64,000 nt of DNA from positions 93,064,001 through 93,128,000 of the forward strand of contig NC_045696.1 of the NCBI RefSeq assembly GCF_009834535.1, in the 5' to 3' direction. Numbering within the stretch: the first letter of the stretch is position 1; every line of letters begins with the position of its first letter. Under the pieces are notes generated by a model. It saw only the letters and a program-made list of their open reading frames with translations. It was not told where the DNA came from and did no database searches. This document shows positions 37,528 through 51,020 of this stretch, in pieces. The DNA is from Camelus ferus (Eukaryota). The position numbers were made by a program, and so were the translations under genes.

Positions 37528-39899
37528 TACAAAACTTTTTAAACTGAAGGGATATCAAGGAAGTCTGATTCTAGATTGAACGCTTTTCTGAGACCTGGGC
37601 AATTCATGTTCATTGAATTAGTTTTTTTTCCCCCCCTCTCTTTCTATGGAAAAACTAAGAAAAATGATGAGTTACAAAGTGATCCCTCCCCCCAAATCCA
37701 AACTTATAACAATAATGTTAATATTTCATATCAAAAAAGCAAGCTTAAGACAACTAAAGTGGAAATGTAGAAACTTTTTCATACGTTCTATCTTTATCTT
37801 TGTCCTTTGAAGGGTACCTGTTTCTTTTGAATTTTTTTTTTTTTGCCTTGAGATAGTGTTCATTTGAATCTATTTAGTTAAAAATTTCAGCATTTAAGTG
37901 AGATCAATCACTACATTTTTCTTGTGTCTTTGTCTTGCCCTTAATAATATATATTGAACAAAGTTTCATTATTTAATATTGAAAAATACCTCCTGACTTT
38001 ACCGGGATTTTGTTACATAGTACATAATCTCTCTTATTTGGTATAGCCAGGCATATTTTTCAATATTAAATTATGGAAAGAGAGAGAGGTGACAGCTTGG
38101 CTTAAATGACATTAAGCATGCAATACATTTACCAGAGTTTTGGCTGCATAATCCAATCTGTAGGTATATGACTTGAGATAGGAATTCTATGCTATCCTTG
38201 CCTGTGTGGGTGGTAGCATTCCTGGATTCATATAAGAAGTTGTGTGGTATGGTTGAAGCATCATTGCAAATGGGAAAGTAGAGAGAGGAGGCTTTTTAGG
38301 CATCTTAACAAGGAGTTGGAGAACCATTGGTGGATTTTGGTGAGTGACGAGACATGGTCATTTGCAGGGAAACATCACTTGGAACTCTGGAGGTGGATCT
38401 GATCAGGCAAGTCTTGTCTTATAGAGGAGGACACCCTTAATCTTGTGTTGGATTTTTTGGAAAGTTGGTTGCAAGGTAATTTTGCAAAACTTCTCCATCC
38501 AGACCCAAACATTAGTTATTCCAAAGAGAATCTAGAGCATGATCTAGGTCATGTTACATAAACCTGGGCTGGACTTTGACAAATGGAATGTCCTATTTTT
38601 AATACATTGCTAATAAAACAACAAGCTTATGACTGCTCTCTGAAAATTCTAGGCAATATTAGGATATTTCTATTACAGTTTTGTTTTTAGAATGGTTTGT
38701 AGGAAGGGGCACCATTTATCTTTTGCGTTCTGCAATGTAATAAAGAACTGTCTATATTTCAGTATAGCTTTTCCATTTCATCTTTATGACGCTTCTTCCG
38801 CGAGTAGGTATTAGTATCCTCATTTTAATATTACAGGAGCTAATGCTCAGGTTAAGCAACTTGGCCTTTATTACAGAAAAAGCAGAGTCGGAATTTGAAG
38901 CCAGGTCTCTCCAACTCCAAAGTCCTTTCTTTGCAGTATATCACCCTCCCTCTTTAATAGGACTTGTTTAATTGCAATGCCATTCTTCCTCTGTACACCC
39001 CCTTCACCAAATATTTTCTTCATGCTGTCCAAGGCACTGGGTGAATTAAAAAAAAATCTGCATATCTCTGGGTTAGGGTAATTCAACTTACTTATTTTTT
39101 TAGGTCATGTATCCCCTTGTTTCCTCCATAACAACAGGATAGAGAAAGAGACAGAGGAGTTCTGCTTTCCAGTACCTTACATCACCCAGACAATTGGCAG
39201 CCAGGAGATGGCAGCTGCCACTCTTCAGATATCTATTTAAAGTTCAAAGAGACACTGGATAACAATAACAGAGGTAAGCGTGGCCCTGACCAGCCCACCC
39301 AACAACACAAAGAATGGCTGAAAAAGGTAAGATTTAAGGCATCTGACTCTCTTGGCCAAAAAGGCTCTGGACTCCCTGGTTTATTTGTATTTCCTAATAT
39401 TTGCTATTTCTCAGTTATTCTGAAGAATGTGGTAGCTCTGCTAAAGGAGCATTTAAACGTGTATTGTTAGTGTGGCTGCAAAAAATGCATTAGATATTCA
39501 TATAATGTGTAGACATGGTCCATAAATTGCATAATTTTCAAAGGAACAGAAGAGCTTAATTTGTTCATGCTTGTTTTGAAAGATGAGTTAGAAGTCGATT
39601 TTCCTCCATTGTTGTGCTAGATTTGAGGTACTGTGGTGCGCTGGCCCAGAATTCAGGACATTTGAATTCTGTGTCAGATCTCAGCTAACTGGCCTTGTGA
39701 GTTTGAGGCAGTCCCTCTACCTCTTGGTCTATTTTCTGATTCTCAAACATAAGTAAAATAGGCATCTCTTAGATGCTTCACATCTGAATTTCTTTTTTTC
39801 TGGTTTTTAAGTATTTTTTATATTTAGGAAAAATGATTGACTCTACTAGGATAAAAGGGGGCTGAATATATACACTGTGTCCAAGAAAGTTTTTAAATG

Positions 39900-40090
39900 C
39901 CTACAGGAATTGATGCTTTTAATCCTGACAACCTCATGAGATATGAAGTATTATCATCATTCGCATTTTACAGATAAGGAAACTGAGGCATAGCAGTTTA
40001 AAAACTTGCTTGTGATCACATACGAGAGAGTGGTGGCACCAGGTTTTTGAACCCAGAGAGTCTTCTTCCAGAGCACAGTGCCCTTAAGAA
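39900..40090 (-). mobile_element. MIR
   Basis: CATTTTACAGATAAGGAAACTGAGGCATAG...TTTGAACCCAG. Confidence 0.85.
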
Positions 40091-42199
40091 TACTTGCAGG
40101 TGTAACTGCTTGGGCAGGCTCAGGATTAGACGGAGAGAAGCATTTTGAAATTACTCTTCATACTTAAAAAGAGGTTTTGTACTGATTTGTGCTATTAATG
40201 TAAGTGACATATAGAGTCTGTTGTGTTCCTATATATTCCTATTTCAAAACAATGCTACAGATTATAATAAAACTTAAAATATTAGTGTTAACAGAACACA
40301 AATGCAAGCATACTTTGAGTATTTAAATGCAGTCAATTATATTTTACCAGGAATAAGTAATAAGATACATATTACTTTTAGCACTTTACTGGATGTAAAT
40401 TTTAGAACTATATTAAAATACACTTGTATAAAATATAAATTCTTAAAATATCAGTATTGACTTTTAGTATTTTTCCCTATTTCAAAGAACTTAAATCAAT
40501 CTAGGAACAGTTCAAAAAATTACTCCATACTTCCACCGTAATGGCACCTTAATTCATAAAAAGGCTTTCATCCAAACGGGGGTAAAGATCGTATCAGAAG
40601 TTCGCTTTATCCTTAAAGCAATACCACTGGTGGGTAAAAGAGAAAGGTATTTTCATTTAGTGGTTAAAGCTTTGTTCAAAGTCAGTGAGATGGAGAAGCA
40701 AGGAAAGCCCTTGAACTTCGTGAAAGTTGAGAGACTCGTGACATTTTTGGAAATGTAGATTTAAACTATTAAAATTCATTTTAATTTCAGAAGGTTTGCT
40801 GTTACGAGTGTCTTCTAATTTTAGAAGTGTCTCATTTCCTGATGATTTTATTTTAATAGCATTAAAAAACTTCACATTGTAAAGTGATGGATATTGGAAT
40901 AGGAACATAATTGCTAATAATATACATGGTCTTTGTTAGCTAATGGCATAAACTAACTGCTTTTCAATTAAGACTGTATCTGCATCTTTAACCCAGAGAA
41001 AGTAATTCCGTCTTTCTGTGCTGTTTTGAATCTTTTTGTGAGGTATATGTGTGTTTGAAAGAACAAGATTGAGATGCCGTGAATATTTTAAAAGATACTT
41101 TTATAAATTGCTTTTTATAGGTAGGGGTGCAAATAGGAAACACAGGAGGAATTATTATACTATTGGCTTTTATGTGTGTGTTGGAGCAGTGTGGGTTCAA
41201 CCAGTTAAAAAGGTGTAGAACCTCTTTTCTCTAGTCAAGAACGATTATATAAGGTATAATGCTTCCTTTCCCTATGATTCTTAAGATTAAAGTCAGCTAT
41301 CAAGGCTCAGAATGATTTTCAACACCTTTCCCTATGTTATGATTATTTAGTTTAGTAGGAATTACCTCAGAGTCATTTTCAATTGTATTTATGTAAACAG
41401 CTCATCTGTGTGTTATTGAACAAATGCATAAATGTGTTCTGTGTACACCACATGCAAAGTCATTAGAGTTCACAAAGCCTTTGCACATAGGCAACGTTAT
41501 TTGATCCTCCCACCTCTGGGAGGTATTTACCACAAGTTTCTTTATCGGTATTTTATAAATAGGGAAGTTCAAGCTCAGAATTACCCAAGGTCACATAACT
41601 GTACAAGGAAGGCCTATAGTTTGAACACAGGTCTTCTATTCTAAATACCAGGCTGAGTTATGAGTACTTTTTGCAGGAAAGAGAGCAATAATTATCTATG
41701 GGTATAATGAGAGAGTGCATTTTTTTCCCCTGGTATGATACCAGATTTCCTCTTGTCCCCTTGATTCAGAAGATTTAATACCAAAATGACCCATCCTAAT
41801 CTGTTCTGTTTATTTTTAAGCAGAGTCCACATTCTCACACCTCCTGGTCCCCATTCTTCTCTTGATTGGCTGGATTGTGGGATGCATCGTAATGGTATAT
41901 GTTGTCTTCTCTTAGAAAGGTAACGTTTTCAATAATTGAATATGTTTACTCATAAACAGTGTACATTACTCCAGAAATAACCTTTTCTCTTTTACTAATG
42001 TAACATTTTATCATGCAGGCAGGAAGACTTCAGATTGACATCATTTTGAAGAATTAAGAAAAATATGAAAATAACAAATTATTAAATGTTTCTCATGTAA
42101 ATAACTGCACTGTTTGACATCAGTTTATAAACTTGGATTTGTAAACTGGTACTTTGGTGTGCATAAGAATATCTTAGAAACATGTTTAAGATTCTGGGT

Positions 42200-43090
42200 A
42201 CAAATAAGAGCTATAAGAAAATATAGATGAATTTCTCTGTAACCTAGGGGGTAGAAAATTTTTCCTGTGACTTAAAATGCATCAGCAATAGAAAACATTC
42301 TGGTAAATTAATTACATTAAATTGTTTTGGCCACCTCTCAAAAAATACAGACAAAATGAGCTAGAGATAAGAGAGAGTTCTTCTAAAACCAAGTGTAAAT
42401 GTAAACTGGGCCCTTAATAAGAACTGCAGTTAAACTGCACTGAAGAACCATGGCTTAGCTTTCAGATGGGAAAAATGAAGATATTTGACAATCAATATAT
42501 TGGTAAGGCTATGCAGAAGTAAGCACTCTCCTATACTGTGTTTAAAACTTCAAAATAGTACAACATTTTTAGGGGTGTTTGGTAGTCAAACTATGAAAAT
42601 TACATATGTATTATTTCCACAGGTACACTGGTAAAAATGCAAAATGGTATGTGCACAAGTCTATTCATTATGGCATAATTAGAACAAAAGCATGGGAAAA
42701 GCCAAATGTCCATTAATAGAAGACTAACTGAATAAGCTGTTGTCTGTCTACATAATGTGGCACTTAAACAGCTGTAAAAAGGAGTGAAGGGGTTCTCTGC
42801 ATACTGCTGTGGTGTCATCTCCAGGGCAAAGTGTTAAGTGAGAAAACAAGGTACAGAACAACGTACGCTACCTTTTTGTATAAAACAGGAAGGACTATAT
42901 ACCAATATGCACCAAAATGGCTTATATTAAAATATTGGGACAGAGGAGCCACAAATGGCTAGATATCTCTGAGTTTCCCTTATTTTGGAATCAATTAAAT
43001 GTCTTATAAATTCAAAAACCAAAAAAAAAAAAAATCTCCCAAGTTTAAAACAAATTAAAACAGATAAGCCTAATAGTATAGCAAGTTGGT
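42200..43090 (+). mobile_element. Ancient LINE-1 3' fragment (L1MC/ME-like)
   Basis: GCACTCTCCTATACTG, TATTCATTATGGCA, CAAATGTCCATTAATAG, GTTAAGTGAGAAAACAAG. Confidence 0.6.
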
Positions 43091-43097
43091 GGTGGAC

Positions 43098-43240
43098 TTG
43101 TTAAAACACGTGTTGCTGGGCCTCACTGTCAGTTTCTGATTGAGGAGATCTGGGTGGGGGCCTGAGAATTTCATTTCTAATCAGTTTTCAGGTAATGCTG
43201 ACGCTACTGGCTCAGAACCCATAGTTTGAGAACCACTGCT
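43098..43240. mobile_element. MER5A fragment
   Basis: TCTGGGTGGGGCCTGAGAATTT...CAGGTAATGCTGACGCT...TTTGAGAACCACTG. Confidence 0.85.
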
Positions 43241-43247
43241 CTAGAAG

Positions 43248-43604
43248 TGCTATGGGTCTGAATGTTTATGTCTCCCCACAGATTCCTAGGTTGAAATCCT
43301 GACTCCCAAAGATGATATTGGGGGGTGGGATTTGGGAGGCGATTAGGTCATGAGCTGGAGCCCTCAAGAATGGGAGTAGTGCCCTTAATAGAAGAGGACC
43401 CAGAGAGCTCTCTAGCCCCTTCACCTTGTGAGGAGACAGTGAGAAGTCTGCAGCCTTAGAAGAGGACCTCACTTGAACCTGGCCATACTGGCTCTCTGAT
43501 CTTGGACTTCCAGCCTCCAGAACCGTGAGCAAAAAATGTTTAATGTTTATAAGCTACTTACCTAGTCAGTCTTGTTTTGTAATAGCAGCCCAAGTGAACT
43601 AAGA
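43248..43604 (+). mobile_element. MaLR solo LTR (MLT1A-type)
   Basis: TGCTATGGGTCTGAATGTTT...GATCTTGGACTTCCAGCCTCCAGAACCGTGAG...ATAGCAGCCCAAGTGAACTAAGA. Confidence 0.9.
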
Positions 43605-43886
43605 AGGGACCCAGTTTTTCTTGTAACTACAGCATCCTTTTCTTTTCAGTTTTTCTACAGAAATTACTCTCCCTATCAAAAAAATTAGAGAAAGCTTTGG
43701 CTTTATTCATTGATTCTTTTAAGCTTGGTTAAACATCTCAAAAAAGCTTCTTTAAAAAATTCTACTTAAAGCAATATTTATAAAATGTTAACAGAAAATG
43801 TATATAAAATTAGGCTCAACTCTTTTCATTAAGTGGACCTAATTTTAGTTTTTTCCCAACTTAAGAGAAATGAACTCACCTTGAAT

Positions 43887-44088
43887 CAGAGAGCTACTGG
43901 AGCTGGCTTCTGTAGTCTTGTTAAAGACAGCTGTTAAAATTTCAGGAATTTTGTAAGTTAGTCAGCGTGTCATTGGCAGCTTGAAATTGGCCATGTTGGG
44001 ATTATTTACATCACAGAAATCAAAAAGTGCTATAACTCACGGCTTCTTCCCACTGGACAGTCTTAAACATTTCACCAGGATACCCCTG
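43887..44088. mobile_element. MER63-like hAT MITE
   Basis: TTAAAATTTCAGGAATTTTG...GCTTGAAATTGGCCATG...TAAACATTTCACCAG. Confidence 0.75.
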
Positions 44089-44356
44089 ACTTGAATCCTC
44101 TTGACTTGCCTGATGCTTATATAGGCTTGTCAGGGCTTCAAGACCATGTGCCTTTTTCCTTCTTCACATTCTGTTTGAATTTACTAAAAATATGGTCTTT
44201 TCATTCACTGGACTTCTTTCTGGCCTATAGACATTAATGAGAAACCCATGAAAGCTGTAGACTTTCTCAGAATACATACATGCAAACAAAATTGTAGATG
44301 CTATGTCAAGATGCTACTTCAATGGATGTCTTGAAATCCATTTAAAGACACCCTAG

Positions 44357-44721
44357 TATATATATACAGTGGAATACTACTCAGCCATAAAAATGAAATG
44401 TCATTTGCAGCAACATGGATGGCCTTGGAGATGATCTAAGTGAATTAGGTCAGTCAAAGGCAAATATCATATATCACTTATATGTGGAATCTAAAAAGAA
44501 TGACACAACCAAACTTATTTACAGAACATAAAGAGACCTACAAACATAGAAAACAAACTTGTGGTTACCAGCAGGAGAAGGAGAGGAGGAGGGATACACT
44601 GGGAGTTTGGCATTGACCTGATACAAACTACTGTGTACAGACTAGATAAACAAGGTCCTACTGTATAGCACAGGAAACTGTATTCAGTGGCTTATAGTAG
44701 TAACCTGTAATGAAAAATAGG

Positions 44722-44753
<32 letters not shown>

Positions 44754-44813
44754 CTCAGAAACTACTACAACAATGTAAATCAACTATACTTCATTAAAAA
44801 GGGGGGGGGGGGG
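44357..44813 (+). mobile_element. LINE-1 3' end with G-run tail
   Basis: GGAATACTACTCAGCCATAAAA...CAACTATACTTCATTAAAAA then G13; TSD AAGACA(C/T)CCTAG at 44345-44356 and 44814-44825. Confidence 0.92.
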
Positions 44814-46557
44814 AAGACATCCTAGGTAAATTAGCCCCTGGGCTGTCATCAACTTTCTGAAGTCTTTAGTCTTCTTCACAACTTGGCTCTGGTTTCATTC
44901 GGGATTCAGGACATCACCTCATATGTTAGCTTTCTTCCTAGCTAGACTAGATTTTCCTGTATTTCTTTCTGCTGACACCATTCCTGCACCACCTGTCAAC
45001 TTCCTTGCATTCTTATACACACAGACAGAGCTAGAAAACAAGATTATGGCAACCTCTGTCTGAGCAACGTTCTTTTCTTTAGTCTGGAGTATTTTTCTCC
45101 ACATGTGCTGGTCCTTTTCTTTAGCTCTTTGAAGCTAGAGGATATCTCATTTCTTGTTCAAATGTGTGCCTGACTTTTCTCTGGAACATAAAAAGCTTCA
45201 GTGTTCCCAGAAATCTTAGCTTTCTATCTCTGACAAAGACTTTCTTAATTCAAGGGCTCAATATGCTTCTCTTTAGCACTTTAAAACAGACTGTAAAGTT
45301 GTTTTTAAGCAGCAACAGAAATGAATTGTCTCTGAGTATTTTAATACCACGCTTCCACCAGCAACCTGATCATTTTCTCAGAACAACGAAAGCTTAGTGC
45401 CATGAAAAGAACAGAAGTTGTGGACGTCAGATTGTTTTAATCTCTCTAACCTTAGTTTTCTCAACTCCGAAAGAGGAAAAATATTTTCACGGGATTGTTG
45501 CAAGGACTGCATTGTTTTCTAAACCTGCCTGACCTGAAACAACTCAGTCATTTGTTAAAGATTTTCAAGCAGCTCTGAAGGTCTAATGATGACCTGTTAG
45601 GAAATTGATTCCCCAGGTTTGTTTAAATTATCACAGAAGCTTGGAAACACACCAGTTATGTTTAGGGATTTGTAGGCAATACTCCTCGATACTAAGACCC
45701 TGATCAATGACAGCTTATAGTGGTGAGTCCCAACTACTTTTCTGTTTATTGCTGCAACAAAAAAATGTAGTACTTTATTTTATTAGCTTATATTACATTA
45801 TATATTTAATTAAATGAAGTACAGTGATATATGAACATATTAGTAGAAAAATATATATGTGAGTTTTATTTTCTCTGCTAAATTTAAGCCCTTTATGGGT
45901 GAATCCATTTCTCATCTTTCTGACTTACCTAGTACAAAATAGACAACTGGTAAATTTATATCAAATGGGTAATTATTTTCCCCTTATAATATTCTTGAAT
46001 GCACAGTGTTGATGTTCTAACCCTGAACTTAAAAGATATCATTGGAACAATTTAAGCTGGAATGGAATTCTCAAAGGAGTAACTAGTGATCTGTGAACAC
46101 TAGGAGCAGGTAGGTGGTGGTATACAGACTTTAAAAGGCATAGAATCTTATACGCTGTAAACTTCCAACATCTTCGGCTTAACATTCTTTCAAAGTGCTA
46201 AGATATAATTATTTGAGAAGATTATAATGAGTTAATTGTTTCTAAAAATTATCTGATTGCAAAGTGGTGGGCCTTACATAATCACTGGTCCCTCCCCCTC
46301 CAAGGCATGTATTGATATCAGAGCTGAGAATAGGACTTTCTCTATACTCTGTATTAGGATAGAAAATATAAAAACCTCTTAAATAAAGCTTTTTATTATT
46401 CTCTGTGCCTGGGAAAAGAGAGAAACTCCAACGAGTTTGAAATGTCTAAAGAAATGCCTCATGGGCAGCAAGCCTGGTAGAGCTGAGGAAATTCCCTGGA
46501 GAATAGAATGCTAGCAGTGAGGTCCTTGCACACAACCTGATGTAACATTTTCAAGTA

Positions 46558-48077
46558 CAGCCAGCCCTCTGTGCCCACGGGTTCTGCATCGTGGATTCCA
46601 CAAACTGGGAATATAAAGTATTTGGAAAAATAATTTCAAAAACTTCCAAAAAGCAAAAATTGAATTTGCTGCACACCAGCACCTGTTTACATGGCATTTA
46701 CTTTGTATTGAGTATTATAAGTAGTCTAGAGGTGATTTAAAGTATACAGGATGATATCCATAGGTTATATGCAAATACTATTTTATGGCTTAAAGAAATA
46801 TAAGACACAATAAATCTTAGGCAAAACATTGTGTGACATAAATCTTAGTAATGTTCTAGGGCAGTCTACCCAGGCAATAGAAATAAGATGAAAAAATAAA
46901 CAAATGAGACCTAATTGATAAGCTTTTGCACAAGAAAGGAAACCATAAGCAAAACAATGAAAATGACAACCTACAGAAAGGAAGAAAATATTTGCAAATG
47001 ATTCTACTGACAAAGGCTTAATTTCCAGAATATATAAACAGCTTCATACAACCTAACAAAAAAACAACCTGATCCAAAAATGGGCAGAAGACCTAAACAA
47101 GTAATTCTCTAAGGAAGACATACAAATGGCTAATAGGCACATGAAAAAATGCTCATTATTGCTAATTATCAGAGAAATGAAAATCAAAACTACAGTGAGG
47201 TATCACCTAATCAAAAGTCCATGACAAATACTGAAGAGGGTGTGGAGAAAAGGGAACCCTTCTACACTGTTGGTGGGAATGTAGTTTGGTGCAGCCCCTA
47301 TGAAAAACAGTATGGAGAGTCCTCAAAAAACTAAAAATAGACTTACCATATGATCCAGCAATCCCACTCCTGGGCATGTATCCAGAGGAAACTCTTAAGT
47401 TGAAAAGACCTGCACCCAGATGTTCATAGCAGCACTATGTGCAATAGTCAAGACATAGAAACAACCTAAATGTCCATTGACAGATGACTGGATAAAGAAG
47501 CTGTGGTGTATTTATACAATGGAATCCTACTCAGCCATAAAAGAGTAAAATAATGCTATTTGCAGCAACATGGATGGACCTGGAGAGTGTCATTCTAAAT
47601 GAAATGAGTCAGAAAGAGAAAGAAAATACCACATGATATCATTCATATGTGGAATCTAAAAAAAGAGGACACTAGTGACCTCATCTACAAAATAGAAACA
47701 GACTTGCAGACATAGTAAACTTTCTTATGGTTACTGGGGAAAGGCAGTGGGAGGGATAAATTTGGGAGTTTGAGATTTACAAATGTTAGCCACTGTATTT
47801 AAAAATAGATTAAAAAAAATTCTGTATAGCACAGGGAACTATATTCAACATCTTGTAATAACCTTTAATAATATGAAAACAAATATATGTAAGTATATGC
47901 ATGGCTGGGACGTTGTGCTGTACACTGGAAACTGACACATTGTAACTGTACTTCAATTTTAAAAAAGAAAAAAAAAACCCAAATACAATGCCATATAAGG
48001 GACTTGAGCATTTGTGGCTATTTATATCCATGGGGGTCCTCGAACCCAACCCCTGCAGATACTCAGGGATGACTACA
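46558..48077 (-). mobile_element. MER2 (Tigger) MITE split by an L1
   Basis: Left part ends TAGGTTATATGCAAATAC; right part resumes CAAATACAATGCCATATAAGGGACTTGAGCAT...GAGGGATGACT-like end. Confidence 0.85.
46790..47978 (+). mobile_element. 5'-truncated LINE-1
   Basis: Sense ORF2 end (ACTTACCATATGATCCAGCAATCCCACTCCTGGG), 3' UTR and poly-A. Confidence 0.93.
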
Positions 48078-50372
48078 ATATTCATCTAGAGATCTTATAA
48101 TAAATCTTAACTTCTGTTATTCTTTTAGGACATTTCCTATTTCATTATTTAATTTACTTATTAGCCCTTATGTTTGCTTATTGCAGTTTCTCAGACACTG
48201 CCTCCCCCTTTTTCATTCTTTCCTTTTTTTGGACAGGCAGGAGTTCTGCTTAAGATATAAATATACATTAGCCTAAGATTCCATTAGTGGAAAGGAAAGA
48301 ACACCAAGGACAGAAGAATACTATTCTGAGTTGGTAATTTCCCAGAGAATGAGATGGACGAATGTTTTACTTTCATTCCACTCTTTTGAAAGTGATTTCT
48401 TGGTTTGCAAAAGTGAGACGGGTATGCAATTTCTTATAAATCATCTGAATCATAAGTGGGCCCAAAGCTATGGTTTTTTTCTTTTTTTTTTTTCAGGTCA
48501 GGAGTAGTCCAGAGTTTAGGACTTTGGTCATTATCCTAGATTTAAGTGCGTTTTCAGTCATTTTCTTGGGCTGGGCATACATGCCCTTATAAATTCAAAA
48601 TTCCAAATGACACAAATATGTATCTGTCAAAGTTCTTTTTGGAGCTTACGCCTATGAATATTAATGGAACTAGGGTTTTGATTGGAATCTTAAAGCTGAA
48701 TAAAACGGGGTCATGGAGAAACCATTTTGAGTTGTTAGAGGTTACTCATTCTGTAAAATTCGTCCAGCAGTGAAGAGTAAATGGAGATAGGCTTTTTAGA
48801 GGTTCGCATATTGATGTGCTCATAGCCACGTTTTCTCTCATCTGTATCACGTGAAGGTATGCTCAGGATAAGATGCAGTTTGATTTAGAAAATGCAATCC
48901 CTTAGCCTAATAAACATGGTCACCTCATCAGCACATTGTAGACAGGGGGCATATTCCTCATTTGTCTTGGTTAAAGGTAGAAACTTGCTTTCGAGCCTGT
49001 CGACAATAGATGGACAGCTTGCTTTAGAGTCAGAGTCCGACTGACTCTTCAAGCATGTGGCCAGACTCATCCCATTTTGTTTTTTCCTTTCTGCTCTTGT
49101 CATTTTACTTCCTATTCTCTCACTTTTCCTGTAATGTTGTATGTAACCAACACTTCTTTTCTGGTTTCAGTAGCCTGCAGAGGTAATGGGATCGCCTTTA
49201 ATACCAGTAGTTCAGACTTCCCTGGTTCTTGCCTCCCTCCTGTTGAGGAACCCAGGAGGGTCTCGATGTGGGCATTGAGATGTCTGCTCCTTCTAGTCAC
49301 CGCCTCTCCTGTGCAGGACACCTCAGTTTGGATGGCTTCCCACCTCTCCCTGTCTCTCCCATCACAGCCCTTGTTGGACTTGTGTGGTGTCTATGCTCAA
49401 GTTGCTGTTGGTGGAGTTCCAAACCAGTGATGCCTATGCCATGTGTGCCCTGGAGCTTAAACAGTTCTTTCAATTTTTAGCCTCCACCTTCCCTCTCTCT
49501 TCCCAGAATCCAGAGCTACATGCAGGAGAGGGACAGGCAGACTCAAGTGGCCCCTGCGACACCAAATTCACAATCCCTGCGTCAAGTTCCTCAAGCCTGG
49601 CTCCTTCTCTGACAAAGACGAGTTCTTTCAGGGGGCTTCTCTAGTTTAGGCAAGAAGCCTTTAGTGTATTGGCCCCATCAGAATGCTAAACATGCCGAGA
49701 ACTGTTTGGCTCTTACTGCCACTCAAGTAGCATATCTGGATTCTCAGCCTCATCCTCTGATACAAGTAAGTGGACTCAGTGATATTTGAAGCAAAATACA
49801 ATTCTCATCCCACCAAGCTGATTTCAAAATTGGTGGCTTAATCAACAGTTTGAAGAGCACTACTTAGAATTTGGTGTTTTTAGACAATTACTGTCTCAGT
49901 AAGAGCTTCTCTGACCACCCAGACCTTCACACACACACGTGATGTAAGGGATCTTGCACCCTAGGACTTAAGTTTCTTAACCAGCTCTATCTGGGCTGCC
50001 TGCTTTTGTTTCTAGCTCTAAGCCAGTTTTGCACATCTTGTTCCAGGAAAAGAACCACTATTGGCCCTAACATATTCCACCCCCTTTCCCAACACCTACA
50101 TTTATACAACTGCTTCCTTCCAGCTTTTAAATTTTGGCGCAGCCTCAGATCTCCTCCAAGGAACAAAGGGGCATAGAACTTTAAACCCTTATATCTGCAG
50201 TATGGAAAGTGAGTTGAGGTTATTCATGTTATGAGTGCTGTACAGAGTTACTCACACAGCTGCTTGGAAGTAAAACTAATCCCTAGATGTCAAGGGTTTC
50301 TAGATGCTTGCATAGTTCTCACCTATAACAATAACATGCGAGGAAGACTATCATTAAAAGATACACATGCCA

Positions 50373-50460
50373 GGAGGTGGGTATAACTCAGCGGTAAGAG
50401 TGTGTGCTTAGCATGCACGAGCTCCTGGCTTCAATTCCCAGTACCTCCATTAAAAAAAAA
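50373..50460 (+). mobile_element. vic-1-type SINE
   Basis: GGGTATAACTCAGCGGTAAGAGTGTGTGCTTAGCATGCACGAG...CAGTACCTCCATTAAAAAAAAA. Confidence 0.9.
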
Positions 50461-50809
50461 TACCTATGCAATAAATGACCTCTACTCACTAAACATTTCA
50501 AGCAATACAGAAGAAAGTAAAAAGCTTAGATTCCCTTCACCTATCTATCTTCAATTCTACTCACTTCTTCAGAGGTAACCACTATTAGCAATTTAGTGGG
50601 TTATCAATCCAAAATCATTTCAATGCACTTACAAAATAGTTTGCATGTTATAATTGTAAAAATGCTTTCCTATGTATTATTTCACTTGATTCTCATGAAA
50701 AGTCGGTATATGTAGATGTGCGTAATGAGACATATGAAGGTGGACTTGCCCAAAGTCTCAAGCTGGTCACCAGCTCAGCAGAATTTGAATTCTTGCCCAA
50801 AGGCTCTGA

Positions 50810-51020
50810 ATCACGTGCCAGGTACTGTTCTGAGCTTTTGGGATGTGTTGGCCTATTTAATCTTTATGACAGCCTTCTTAACTAGGTGTGATTATTATGT
50901 CCATTTAAAGATGAAGAAACAGGTTCAGAGAGGTTAAGCAACAAGCTCTAGTCACAGTTTGTCATTATCAGAACTTGAACCCAGGGAGTCTCCTTTGGAG
51001 CCTGGAGATAACCATGTTAT
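50810..51020 (-). mobile_element. MIR
   Basis: GTGCCAGGTACTGTTCT...CCATTTAAAGATGAAGAAACAGGTTCAGAGAGGTTAAG. Confidence 0.8.
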
